Source: Malacoraja senta
Lineage: Eukaryota
DNA: 64,000 bases
Reading direction: 5' to 3'
NCBI GenBank assembly: GCA_038087875.1
Contig: CM075988.1
Coordinates: forward strand, 5,890,001-5,954,000
Shown: in pieces, positions 13,618-26,599 of the stretch
Layout: each line of letters starts with the position of its first letter
How positions within the stretch are numbered: position 1 is the stretch's first letter
The notes under the pieces: model-generated
What the model was told of the DNA's origin: nothing
Seen by the model: the letters and a program-made list of their open reading frames with translations, nothing else
Databases searched by the model: none
Translations under genes and position numbers: made by a program

Positions 13618-13752
13618 GCACTGTGTGTGATTTCCGTTTGTCCTATGGACGTGTGCTCACTAGAAGCAGCAAGATAATTGCCGTTAATCGCGATCACTCT
13701 CAGCTACTAAAAAACTCGGATATTTTCTGGAAGCCGACACTCGCTGTAAAAG
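13618..13752 (+). CDS. ILVBL: ILVBL exon: GTVCDFRLSYGRVLTRSSKIIAVNRDHSQLLKNSDIFWKPTLAVK
   Basis: aacag/gtaag; GTVCDFRLSYGRVL motif. Confidence 0.96.
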
Positions 13753-15472
13753 GTAAGTGGTGGTTTTGTCATTAAAAATGCAGAATTGGATGCCACATAT
13801 TCCTGATGAAATCTGTGAACCATCTAGTGACTAGTCTAGTCTCTTGCCTTTGTAAGGTTACCATTGGTACCAGCCATTTTTTCTCTATGCTCTCACATTA
13901 AATAGAAGATGCATTTGGTCAGGGCTTTCAACGTAGAATTTGTATTGAGTTTTCAATTTCCATTGTTAGAAAATATTTGCCTAGGGTTGGACTTGAGCTT
14001 TGCCAGGTTCATGTAGAAAGAGTCTTTTTGGGAAAATATGAAAATAAGTGATGGGAGCAAAATTGGGTGATTCAGTTCAAGTCTACACTGCCATTCAATC
14101 ATGGCTGATCTATCTCCCTCCTAACCCCGTTCTCCTGCCTTCTCCCCATAACCCATGACAATAAGGTGGCAGTGTTCAAGCACCTTTTACCTTCAAGTGG
14201 AGAGGGAGTTTGGTATAGTGAGCGGACAATGAGAAATTGGTCGGGGTAGATTCATGTAAGCGCAGAAACTGCTGCAAACACTCGGGTCAGTGATCCGTCT
14301 TCAGAACTGGAAAAGTGTGAACACGAGGAAATTTAAAGTTGCAGAAAGGAAAGATAAGAAGGGAATGTCTGATCGGGTAGGGACTAAGGTGGTCCAGTTA
14401 ACACGATTGGTTTTGGTGTCTATCAGAAAGGAAATGAATGTCTGTAAGTTGTAGCTAATCTGTCTGGAGCAGTGTAAATGGAGGAAGATAACAATATTTT
14501 AAAGGTGGGATAAGTTCTGGAGGTGTGAAATGAAAAGCATAGCAGTTATTAGAAACTGGAAATAAAGAAGAAAGTTATAAATGATCAGCGCACCATCTGG
14601 AGAGGAAAAACTGACGTTAATGTTGTTGGTGAATGATATTAGCACTGGCTGGCTCTGATATAATTCTCTGAAAATGAGAATTATGTGAAATAATTAAAAT
14701 TAATTGAGTTCTGAAGGCTGTGTTGTGCCAAGATGAAAAATGGGTTCTTGAGTTTGTACGTGGCTTTGTTGAACAGGGGTGGAGGGAGGGAGGGAGAGGG
14801 GAAAGACAAAGGTTAGGATGAAGGATTACTGAAAGGTTACTGGTACCTCAGTTGGTTTTGTGACTTTATAGAGGTGTTCTGCACCCAATCTGTGTGTGTT
14901 TTTTCTGATGTGGAGAGACAATATTTTGAACATTGAATGCAATATGCTAAATTGTAAAACTTGCAAGTAATTACTGCTTTAAAGCAGATCGAGGAACTAT
15001 TTGTAAAAAAATTCCATTCATTTCACAATGGTGACTCGGAACTTCCGGAAGCCTATTATTTTAATCCTTTGCACATCCACTTAAGGCTATAATGCTGGTC
15101 CAACTCTATCTAAGTTCGAGGAGCAACATTTCATCTTCTGTCTTGGCACGTTGCAACCTTTAGGACTCCATATTCAACAATTTCAGCCAACCATATTTTC
15201 CTATTTATTTGTTGACTGGTCATTCTTGACACACAATCATCCAAATGTAACTTAAATTCAGTTCTTCGACACTCCACCGAACGTCAATCATAGTTTATAA
15301 ACATTAATTTCCCTCTCCTTGATACCAAAAACTTTGGTATCAAGGCCCTTATTTCGCTCCAATATCTCCTTGTTCGTGGCTCTTCCACTACTGAAAGATT
15401 TTTGTCCTGTCAAGCTTCACCAGGAAAATCTTGGTCTATCAACCCTACTGCAACCCTACTTGGTCTATCAAC

Positions 15473-15503
<31 letters not shown>

Positions 15504-16034
15504 ACACACATCCCCCTCCCTCGCTCTGTGGTCAAAGACTGCAGTTCTAGCTTTTCATTTGAGGTTCATATAAGATGTTGCTTGAAAGTGAACAAGAGAA
15601 GAACTTACGGTTCCCTCCATCCCCCTCCATGTATTGTCTTGGGGAGACGTAAGCCTTCCCCATGGTGGGGGTGGGGGGGGAGGGAGGAGGAGGACAACAC
15701 TGCTTTATCCCTGACTAGTCTCCAGATTCTGTCCTTGAACCAATTGCGGTGAAACTTCCTGTACTAGAAGTTTAGTTTAGGAAGGAACATATTTTCAGTG
15801 CCCTGTTGTTTCTTCAGTATTATTTATTACTGCAAAGACCGCAGCTTGTCACTTAATAAAATTGGCTGATTATTGACTATGCTTGAGTTTTACAAGGATG
15901 CTTCTTTAAATGGGCAACCATTGACTGGACCCAATCTAAACACACTGTTCTGAGATTTGATCATATCAGGATGTTCCGCTGTAGCTCCGCTTGCAACGTA
16001 TCTCACTGTCATAATTATATTTCTGCCCTGTCAG

Positions 16035-16149
16035 GAGATGCTGGATCCTTTTTAGCGATGTTGGCAGAAGGGCTAAAGGGCTACCAGGCTCCCAGCGACT
16101 GGACCCAGTATCTGAAGGAGGAAGATGTTAAGAAGGATAAGGCCAATAG
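16035..16149 (+). CDS. ILVBL: ILVBL exon: GDAGSFLAMLAEGLKGYQAPSDWTQYLKEEDVKKDKAN
   Basis: gtcag/gtagg; GD.GSF...L.EGL.G; phase consistent. Confidence 0.93.
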
Positions 16150-16789
16150 GTAGGATTGTAACGAGAAAAGATTCTTCATTCTTAAAAAATCTATTGGAAT
16201 AAGGGTTTTTTTTCCCCCAGAACATGGATTAAACGGGTCACAACAAATGCTTTAAGCTACAAAATGATGAGTGAGAATAGATGTGTCGAGTGGAGACTAG
16301 GCATAGTGAAGACTAAACTTAATTGTTAAGGGATTTGGGTGTAAGATACAAGAGAAACTTTAGGTTTGTGAGATCTTTCATCTTCACAATTAGTGATTGG
16401 GATGCAAACTATGTAAAATAACAAATGTAAACTAATTTATTTTCAAGCTTATTCTGATTAAGGATCTTCAATCATAAAGTATCTGTTTCTCGGTTCATAG
16501 ATGCTGATGACTAGCTGACTCTTTAATTTTCTGCTTTTTATTTCTGATTTCCTGTTTGTACAATTTGTTTTGGGTTTTCGCTGAACATTTAATATTGGAT
16601 TGGCTTAAAGTGATGTAGGAGTGGTTAATGGGGTATGGAGGGTATTTGCTCTGGTGGTGAAAACCAACATGGACTGTTTAAAAGAGATTTCCTGCTTCTA
16701 AAAAAGTAAACAATTTAAGGAACTACAGCATTTGTTGCATAATTATGTTTGCTGCTGATTCAGGTTCTACTGAAAGATTCATGTTGAAA

Positions 16790-18200
16790 GATGCTGAGGA
16801 TTCCAGGATATGTAAAACTAACCAATGTAATTCCCTTGTTCAAAAAGAAAGCCAGAAGGTGGGGACCTAAAGGCCAGTTAAATCATCTTATTGTTAGCAA
16901 GATGCTGAAATCAATAATCAGAGGAAATCACTAATTATTTAAGAAAGCTGAATATTTTCAAATCTTGTCAACATTGATTTAATGAAAAGTAAATAGTTTT
17001 TGACAAATGTTCTCATTCTTTTAGGAATTGACAGGAAGATTTGATTGAGGGAACCTCACACTGTAGTGCATTTAGATTTCCAATGGGCATTTGACAAGAT
17101 TTCTCATAAGAGCCTAATGCATAAATTCAAGGGCCTGTCCCACTTGGGCGTCATTTGCGCATCATTTAGGCGACATCATTTACGCGTCACGACGCGTGGT
17201 TCAGAAGGCAAATGCCAGTATTGGGAAGGGGTTGGAGTTTAGTTTGGAGATACAGCACGGAAACAGGCCCATCGGCCCACTGGGTCCGCGCCGACCAGCG
17301 ATCCCCGCACATTAACACTATCCTACACCCACTAGGGCCAATTTTCACATTTACCAAGCCAATTAACCAACAAACCTGTACGTCTTTGGAGTGTGGGAGG
17401 AAACCGGAGATCTCAGAGAAAACCTATGCAGGTCATGGGGAGAACGTGCAAGCTCCGTACAGACAGCACCCGTGTTCAGGATCGAACCCGGGTCGACGGC
17501 ACTGCATTCGCTGTAAGGCAGCAACTCTACCGCTGCACCACCGTGACTAATTTATGATTAGGGAGGTTTGGTGTACGATGTTTGTGCGACCACGCCTGGA
17601 ATACTGGCCACAACTTTTGTCCTCTTTCTTATGAAAGGATATAGTAGCTTTGGAAGAAGTCCAAAGGAGATTTAACAGGTTAATTCCCAGGATGAAAGGG
17701 TTGTTCTATCAAGTGAATTTAATCAGTTTTGGTCGGTATTCCTCGGAGTTTGGAAGAATGACGGCGATCCTATTCAAACCAAGGAAGCTTGACGGGATAG
17801 ACATGTTTCAATAGTGGAAGAGTTACGATCAAGGAGATAGAGGAGCAAAATAAGGGCCTATTATGTAAAACTGCAGAAAACATTCCCCTCTTGAAAGGTT
17901 GTAAATCACTGGAATTCTCTGCCACAGAGGATGGCGCAGGCCAGATTTTTAGATATATTTAAGGTTGAGATAGATTAAATATTTCAAATATTAAGGAATT
18001 GAAAGTAAAACACCAAGTGTTGGAGTAACGCAGCGGGTCAGGCAGCATCTATGGATGACATGGATAGGCATGTTTTGGATTAGGATCCTTCTTCAGACAT
18101 GAAACTGGCACAGAAAAGTTGGGGACAGCATAGATCATCCATGATTGTAGTGAATAGTGGGGCAGGCTTGAGGGGCTCCTTGCCTACTCTTGCTCCTGTT
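16790..18200 (+). mobile_element. Old fragmented CR1-type RT with nested SINE and MITE
   Basis: VHLDFQWAFDKISHKSL, FVRPRLEY remnants. Confidence 0.55.
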
Positions 18201-18601
18201 TTCTTGTGTTCTTGTTCTTGCGGACGAATGTCTTGGAAAAATACAAACTGTTGGCAATACTCATCAGGCCAGGCACTGAATGGGGAGAGAAAAGATTAGA
18301 TTGTTTCAGATCAGTAACCTTTCAACAGCTGAAGAAGGATCTCGACCCGAAACGTCACCCATTCCATCTCTCCAGAGATGCTGCATGTCCCACTGGGTTA
18401 CTCCAGCATTTTGTGTCAACCTTTCAACAGAACTAGGTTACCTACTTGGAGTTTTACTTGAAGCCTACACGTTTCCACCTGAGATAAAAATGTTACCAAC
18501 ATAGCCGCGCGAGGTTTCTAATTTTTAGAACCATGAAATGTTTTGTTGAGACGTTAAGAACTGCCAATGTTTCTGAAGTGCTTTATTCATTTCTCTTCCA
18601 G

Positions 18602-18771
18602 TGAAAAGTCGGAGGAGAAATTGGAAAAGTATCTGAACCCCTTGAAGGTACTGCATCGTGTTGAACACCTATTGGAGGAGGATAGCATAATTGTTACAGA
18701 TGGTGGTGATTTTGTGGGCAGTGCTGCCTATATCTTAAAACCCAGAGGACCGCTTCGATGGCTCGATCCTG
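18602..18771 (+). CDS. ILVBL: ILVBL exon: EKSEEKLEKYLNPLKVLHRVEHLLEEDSIIVTDGGDFVGSAAYILKPRGPLRWLDP
   Basis: ttccag/gtaag; DGGDFVG..A...PRGPLRWLDPG motif. Confidence 0.96.
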
Positions 18772-18829
18772 GTAAGTGCTAACTGAATCATCAAAGTTAC
18801 GGGGTATGGAAGAGTTACAGGGTCTTCTA

Positions 18830-19732
18830 CATCCCGTAACTCTGCTCTCACTCCCCATCCCCTCCACTCGTAACAAGGGGAGAATCCCCCTTGTCCTAAC
18901 CTTCCACCCTACCAGCCGTCACGTACAACAAATAATCCTCCGACATTTTAACCACCTCCAACGGGATCCCACCACTGGCCACATCTTCCCATCTCCTCCC
19001 CTTTCGGCTTTCCGCAGACACCACTCCCTCCGTAACTCCCTGGTCAATTCGTCCCTTCCCACCCAAACCACCCCCTCTCCTGGCACTTTCCCTTGCAACC
19101 GCAGGAAATGCTACACTTGTCGCTTTGCCTCCCCCCTTGACTCCATCCAAGGACCCTAGCAGTCTTTCCAGGTGCGGCAGAGGTTCACCTGCACCTTCTC
19201 CAACCTCATCTATTGCATCCGCTGCTCTAGGTGTCAGCTGCTCTACATCAGTGAGACCAAGCGTAGGCTTGGCGATCGCTTCACCCAACGCCTCCGCTCG
19301 GTTCGCAATAACCAACCTGATCTCCCGGTGGCCCAGCACTTCAATTCCCCCTCCCATTCCGAATCCGACCTTTCTGTCCTGGGCCTCCTCCATGGCCAGA
19401 GTGAGGCCCACCGTAAATTGGAGGAGCAGCACCTCATATTTCACTTGGGTAGTTTACACCCCAGCAGTATGAACATTGACTTCTCCAATTTCAGGTAGTC
19501 CTTGCTTTCTCCTTCTTTCCCCTCCCCTTCCCAGCTCTCCAAAGCCCACTGTCTCCGCCTCTTCCTTTCTTCTTCCCGCCCCCCCCCCACCCCCACATCA
19601 GACTGAAGAAGAATCTCGACCCGAAACGTCGCCTATTTCCTTCGCTCCATAGATGCTGCCTCACCCGTTGAGTTTCTCCAGCATTTTTGTCTACCTTCGA
19701 TTTTCCAGCATCTGCAGTTCCTTCTTAAACAC
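18830..19732 (+). mobile_element. Penelope-like element 3' part: RT-thumb/linker, GIY-YIG endonuclease and pLTR with hammerhead-like core
   Basis: IPLVLTFHP, TFPCNRRKCYTC, FTC...NLIYCIRC..C.LLYI.ET.RRL..RF..., followed by CTGAAGA...CCCGAAACGTC at ~19603-19630. Confidence 0.88.
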
Positions 19733-19845
19733 AGATTTGCCAGTGATTTACCACCTTTGTTGGACTCATAACAATGAGTCAAAGTAAGAAAGGGGATCAA
19801 TATTCTGATTGAACGGTGGCAGAACAAAGTTCTTGCTCTCAACAT

Positions 19846-22452
19846 TAGATCAGATTCAGATTCAACTTTATTGTCATTGTGCAGTGTACAGTACAGAGAC
19901 AACGAAATGCAGTTAGCATCTCCCTAGAAGAGCGACATAAATATGAGCAGTAAATAAATAAATCTAATAAATCCTGGTGGGAGGAGTGTCCGGGGGGGGG
20001 GGGGGGTGTGATTGGCAGTCACCGAGGTACAGTGTTGAGTAGTGTAACCGCCGCAGGGAAGAAGCTGTTCCTGGACCTGCTGGTCCGGCAACGGAGAGAC
20101 CTGTAACGCCTCCCGGATGGTAGGAGGGTAAACAGTCTGTGGTTGGGGTGAGAGCAGTCCTTGGCGATGCTGAGCGCCCTTCGCAGACAACGCTTGCTTT
20201 GGACAGACTCAATGGTGGGGAGTGAGGAACCGGTGATGCGTTGGGCAATTTTCACCACCCTCTGCAGTGCTTTCCGGTCGGAGACAGAGCAGTTGCCATA
20301 CCATACTGTGATGCAGTTGGTAAGGATGCTCTCGATGGTGCAGCGGTAGAAGTTCACCAGAATCCGAGGAGACAGATGGACCTTCTTTAGTCTCCTCAGG
20401 AAGAAGAGACGCTGGTGAGCCTTCTTGACCAGAGTTGAGGTATTGTTGGTCCAAGAGAGGTCATCGGAGATGTTGACCCCCAGGAACCTGAAGCTGGAAA
20501 CACGTTCCACCTCCCTCCCGTTAATGTGGATGGGGGTGTGCATGCCGCCCCTAGACTTCCTGAAGTCTACAATGAGCTCCTTGGTCTTCTTGGAGTTAAG
20601 GGCCAGGTTGTTGTCAGCGCACCATGCTGCTAGGAGCTGGACCTCCTCCCTATAGGCCGACTCATCGTTGTTGCTGATGAGGCCAATCACCGTTGTATCA
20701 TCTGCATACTTGATGGTGGTGTTAGTACCATGTACAGGTGTGCAGTCGTAGGTGAAGAGGGAGTAGAGGAGGGGGCTCAGCACACAGCCCTGTGGAACGC
20801 CGGTGTTCAGGGTGAGGGTTGAAGAGGTGTGCTTGTCTAACCTAACAGACGGGTCTGTTGGTTAGAAAGTCCAGTATCCAGTTGCAGAGGGAGGGGTCGA
20901 TGCCCAGGTCACCGAGTTTGGTGATCAGTTTAGAGGGTATGATGGTGTTGAATGCTGAGCTGTAATCGATGAACAGCATTCTTACGTAAGTGTCTCTGTT
21001 GTCGAGGTGGGAGAGGGCGGAGTGAAGTGCCGTTGAGATGGCATCCTCCGTACTCCTGTTCTTGCGGTAGGCAAACTGATAGGGATCCAACGTGGGGGGT
21101 AGGCAGCCTTTGAGGTGTGCCAGGACCAGCCTCTCGAAGCACTTGGCGATGATGGGAGTAAGTGCAACTGGGCGGAAGTCGTTGAGGCTTGCCGCAGTGG
21201 AGTGTTTTGGCACCGGCACGATGGAGGTGGATTTAAGGCACGTGGGCACAACTGCTTGGGCAAGTGACAGGTTGAAGATGTCAGTCCAGACGTCTGTCAG
21301 CTGCGCAGCACAGGCTCTGAGGATGCGCCCGGGGATGCCGTCGGGGCCAGCAGCCTTACGTGCATTAGTCCTACTCAGTGCCACGTACACGTCGAAGGGG
21401 GTGAGTGAGAGGGGCTGGTGATCGGCAGGGAGCACCGCCTTGATGGCCAACTGCCGATTGTCCCTATCGAAACGGCCATAGAAGTGGTTGAGCTCCTCAA
21501 GGAAGGAGGCGTTACTGGATGTGGGGGTGGTGTTGGTGGGTCTAAAGTCCGTGATGGCCTGGATGCCTTGCCACATGCGTCGGGGGTCGGAGTTGTTGAA
21601 GTGCTCCTCAATCCTGAGTTTATGGCAGTGCTTGGCCTTCTTTATGCCCTTCTTCAGGTTAGCCCTGGATGAACTATAGGCTCGGGCATCGCCTGACCTG
21701 AAAGCGGTGTCCCGTGCTTTCAGCAGTAGCCTGACCTCGCTGTTCATCCATGGCTTCTGATTCGGGAATATGGTCACCTGTTTGAGGGAGGTGACACTGT
21801 TGATGGTGGAGTTTATAAAGTCCAGAACAGATGATGTATAGGAGTCAATGTCCGTGTGGGAGTCAAGGGTGGCCTGGGCTGCAAACGCCTTCCAGTCAGT
21901 GTTTCCAAAACACTGCTGAAGTGTGGAGTCCACATCCTCTGACCAGACTTTAACTGTCCTCACAGTGGGTTTAACCCGTCTGATGAGTGGGGAGTACTTT
22001 GGGAGCAGGAACAATGAGAGGTGATCAGACTGTCCAAGGTGGGGGAGGGGGACGGCTTTGTAAGCTTCAGCCATGTTGGTGTAGACTTTGTCCAGTGTCT
22101 TGCCTTCTCTAGTGGCGAAGGAGACATGTTGGTGGAATTTGGGGAGTACAGTCTTCAGGTTGGAGTGATTGAAGTCACCCGCAACAATGAAGGCTGCCTC
22201 GGGGTTGTGAGTCTGTTGTTTGCTAATGGCAGAATGCAGATCTTTCATTGCAAGCTTGGCATTAGCATCAGGAGGAATATAGGCTGCAGTCACAACAGTG
22301 GAGGTAAACTCTCTGGGCAGATAGAACGGTCTGCATCTAACCAAGAGGAACTCTAGGTTAGCTGAGCAGTGACTCTCGATGATGGTGGTGTCCGTGCACC
22401 ATGCTTTGTTTACATAAATGCACAGACCTCCACCTCTGGTCTTACCGGAGGC
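19846..22452 (-). mobile_element. Rex1/Babar non-LTR retrotransposon, 5'-truncated (APE C-terminal part + RT), in ILVBL intron
   Basis: ORFs 20842-22596 and 20019-20783 with AGDFNH, PHLGQSDH, NQKPWM, GVPQG, YADD; 2-nt deletion near 20850 relative to the second copy; 3' tail ACAATAAAGTTGAATCTGAATCTG. Confidence 0.9.
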
Positions 22453-22454
22453 AA

Positions 22455-23230
22455 GACTAAGTAGCCGATTGACCAGGAATGGAAACACAAGGATCCATGA
22501 AATGTCTGTTGATCGATAGGACAATGGAGGAGTGAGAGACAATATCTGGAAGATCCTGGGGGTGCAACTCTTTGAAGATCTGTCTAGGCCCAGCACATTG
22601 ATGCAGTCTCAAAGAAAGCTCTTCAATGCCTCTAATTCCTCACAATGTTGAGGAGATTCAGTATGTTGCTGAACACTTGCATGGACCTCCTCACCATTGA
22701 TGGAAGCACAACTTCAAGAAGGCAGTTACTATCAAAGACCCACACCACTTTCAACTTGCTGCTACAAGCGATAAGAAGGTACAGGAGTCGGAGACCTGGG
22801 CTATCTGCAGCAGGCATCGCAAGACACGTCACAAATACCACCAATACCATCCAGTTTTGCTTTTTAGTTTATTGCTATCGTGTGCACTGACATACAGTGA
22901 TAAGTGAAAATCTCAGCAAAATGCTCCTAAATCACTGGAAGGATCAGTGAAACAATTATCCGTGTCCTCCCTCGGGTCAAGTTCCCCAGCATTAAGACAG
23001 TCTACATTGGGCATGCTGTATCACACACGTCTCACAACAAGCTCTTGAAAAAGATGTTCTGTTATCCCAAACTCTCATGGGAAGGGATTAAGAAAGACAT
23101 TGACAGATTCAAGGATGTGCTTAAAACCTTCATTGAAAAAAAGTATAACATCCCCGTGGAGTCCTGACAGACTACCCATTGATGCCTAAAGTGGCGAGAG
23201 AGCATTCAGGCTGACAATGAGTGCACAAGT
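22455..23230 (+). mobile_element. Degraded RTE-type LINE remnant (continues from ~19735-19845, split by Rex1)
   Basis: Decayed KISWKD/RFKDVLK-like segments (ACAGATTCAAGGATGTGCTTAAA). Confidence 0.45.
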
Positions 23231-24156
23231 TCAAGAACTAACCACCCACCTATTCGGGCCTCCTGCGTCATTGGCAGATGAGCCCATGGTCCTCACATTG
23301 GCCCCATTGGCCACCACAGTACCTGTGAGATTAAAGTGCAGTCAAGTTAGTGACGTGAAGCACGGTGCACAAAGGTGTTATGTACCCCAAGGACTAATGT
23401 TGGTATCGTAAAAGTCCTAACTCCAAACTGAGCAATGGATTTTAGGTAGAATTTGCTTTCATTTAGCACCTTATCAAATCTTCAGAGCAACATAAAGTTT
23501 TGCAACCAGTAAATTACTTCTGAATAACAAAAGCCAACTTGCTTACAATAAAGTCCTACAAACAGCAGAAATGAGCAAGCGGGTAATTTGCTTTTAATTT
23601 GACAAGTTGTAGGAAACCGTTATACAGGCTGCATGCGCCCACTCTGCCCTTACTGTAGTGTCTTTGGTCTTGTGTGAATAAGACAATGTTCAATGCTTCT
23701 TATTAGGGAGCAGCTCTGGATCAATATAGTGCTCTTTCAGTGCCACCATGTTGTTTCTTTTTTGCTAAATCAAATGCCAATATGAAATTTCAAGCCATAA
23801 TTTTTCACATAGAGAGTTGTGAGTCTGTGGAATTCTCTGCCTCAGAGGGCGGTGGAGGCTGGCTCTCTGGGTGCTTTCAAAAGAGAGCTAGATAGGGCTC
23901 TTAAAGATAGCGGAGTCAAGGGATATGGGAAGAAGGCAGGAACGGTGGACTGATTGTGGATGATCAGCCATGATCACATTAAATGGCAGTGCTGGTTCGA
24001 AGGGCTGAATGGCCTACTCCTGTGTCTATTGTCTAATTATCTGATCACGGTGCAAACCTCTACCTTTGACGCACACCTTGGTGTGCGTTTTTTAATTTGA
24101 TCGTAACTATCTCTGCATTTCTAATGGATTTGTCATATCTTATTTTTCTGTTCCAG

Positions 24157-24227
24157 GAGCTTTTGGGACACTTGGAGTAGGTGGCGGTTTTGCACTTGGA
24201 GCCAAGCTTTGCCGGCCAGAGTCTCAG
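24157..24227 (+). CDS. ILVBL: ILVBL exon: [24 protein letters not shown]
   Basis: ttccag/gttaa; [20 protein letters not shown] motif. Confidence 0.96.
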
Positions 24228-24882
24228 GTTAATAGAATCTTTGTACACAGTATATTGCTCTAGTTTGTGAACTTCGGTGAGCCTAGGCACTGGTTTCCTC
24301 CCACACCCCAAAGACCAGTGGGTTTGTAGGTTAATTGGCCTCTGTAAAATTGCCTCTAGTGTGTAGTGGATGAGAAAGTGACCTGACAGAGCTACAGATA
24401 GGAAACATAGTATGTAACATTTTGTCATAGTAGATGGTGTCTTACACTAGCTGTCATGTAAAGGATAAAAGATTTGGATTAAATATGAGGAAGAATTATG
24501 TCACGAAGTGGGTGGTGGGAAGTTGGGACGCTGCCTGAGAGGATGGTGGGGGCAGACACCCAGAAAACATTGAAGAAATAGCCGAACAAGCACTTGAATT
24601 GCAAAGACCTAGATGACTATGAACCAAGTGCTGCTAAATGGGAATGGTATAGATGGATACTTGATGGTTGGCATACATTTGATGGGCTGAAAGGCCTGTT
24701 TCTAAGCTGAAGCATTCTTTGACTGGAAAAATATGCTTGTTCAGAGATTATAAACATATTCATTGACTTAATTCAAAAACATTAAGTTTAAAAATCCATA
24801 CTCAATTTTAGAATTGAGCTGCGCTCTGCCTAAGAGGATGATACAACTATGGAAATCTGTAATTATGTTTTACCTTATCCAG

Positions 24883-24954
24883 GTTTGGATCATTTATGGA
24901 GATGGTTCTCTGGGCTACAGCATTGCAGAATTCGACACTTTCAAACGGCACAAG
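24883..24954 (+). CDS. ILVBL: ILVBL exon with TPP-binding [27 protein letters not shown]
   Basis: atccag/gtgtg; GDG of the GDG-x(n)-N thiamine diphosphate motif. Confidence 0.96.
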
Positions 24955-26171
24955 GTGTGTGGTACTTTTGCTAGAATTAAATCTATGACTCTCAACAATT
25001 TTATGACAATAACAGAGCTGCTTTGCAGAGTGCAATCTCCAGCAAAGTAATACCTTGTCTGTCGGCCATGGTTGGAAGTTAAAATGTACAAGATGTCCTG
25101 CTGCTGCCTTTTTGCAAACCACCTCTTTGCACTATGCTTTTTTTCTTGTTAGAATGGTGTCAGCTTGGATTTCCAGGGCCACATTACAGCCACAGTTGAG
25201 TGAGCACTGGGACAGCTTGTCCTGAGCCTTCGGGAATATTTTGCCTAATTTTTAATTTTTAATCGGGTCAATTATTTTTCCAATTGCAGCCTTGAGATAT
25301 TTTAATTATGTTAAGCATGTATCGTTCTTATAGTTTGAGAGGTACACATATGAATGATTAGAATGAGGCAGATCTTTCTTTCTCGCAGAATTGCTTACCA
25401 TCTCTCTGAGACATGCTGTTGGTTTCTGGGAGCAGTTGCCACTTGAGAGTCGGCCTCAGCACACTTGGTGTGGCAGAGTGCACTCTGGGGGCTGTCTCAC
25501 CACAGCCCTGCAACATTTTGACAGTCTGTGAGTCTGCATGTCCCCTGGCACATGAGCTGTTGAAGCTGCCAGCGTGGCTGGAGCCTGTGAACATTTGTGA
25601 ACGTATTTGGTATTCACAAACATTCAGTTATACATGAATATGTTTGCTCTTTAAATATTAAATTATAAGCAGTTTATTTTTCACTTTAAAATGTTTTCAT
25701 GCATCTAGAATCAAAATAAATTATCAAACCAACTCGAATGCTAAAAGGTAACTTGACTTTCTATGGCGCGCCGATTTGTCCCATTAGTTTGTATGACGAT
25801 GTTTCTGCATGTGCCAAGGTGTAGATTCCCCAGGCTGAAGTCTACAAATGATCATTCAGCCCCCGATGAGCAGCAAAGGAGGAGCTGCAACTGGCTGGGA
25901 CAGGCCGAAAGTGCCATGGCTGACCAGCACACCTGGATGAAGTCACGGTATAAGTGCTGGTGTGGGGGAACATCTGCCTCCTCAGTTGTTGAGTTTGGTT
26001 TCAATGGCTGGTGTTAATCAACCTCCTACCTAGAATCACTGCTCCTTCACCACCCTGTTACCAACTATTTTAAAGCAGATCTCATGATATATATATATTT
26101 GCAGAGGTCTTAATGCGTGGTCCAATTGTGTGTACATTAAAAGTTGAATCTTCCTATACCTGTTCTTTCAG

Positions 26172-26278
26172 ACTCCAGTGATTGCCTTGGTGGGCAATGA
26201 TGCGGGCTGGAGCCAGATTTCTCGAGAACAGGTTCCGTTGCTAGGTAGCAGCGTGGCCCTGTGACCTGGCGTATACCG
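26172..26278 (+). CDS. ILVBL: ILVBL penultimate exon: [29 protein letters not shown][+1 C]CDLAYT; frameshifted as assembled
   Basis: tttcag/gtacg; [19 protein letters not shown] motif. The exon is 107 nt where phase needs 106; CCC at 26257-26259 gives TGA at 26262-26264. Confidence 0.93.
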
Positions 26279-26599
26279 GTACGTGGCTAACTGTTAGATC
26301 TGGTCTATGGAGTTCCATTGAAATGTAGCTGGTTGCACTGACCGCTGGCTTTTGTTTTGCACTAATATTGGGTTTTCGTATTGAACTTTCTTTTGATTAT
26401 TCTGTTATCCAAGAGTAGAGTGGATTCCAGATCTGTTGTGCTGCTGCAAGAAATAATGTCATTGTTCTGTTTTATGGTGACATAGAATTATGGTACACAT
26501 TGAACCCTCTTGACTCATTTTTGATGCCTGATATCTCCCTTCCCCAGCCACCATTACCACTGGCTGCTCTGTTGTATGAATGGAAGGGATGGGAATGGA

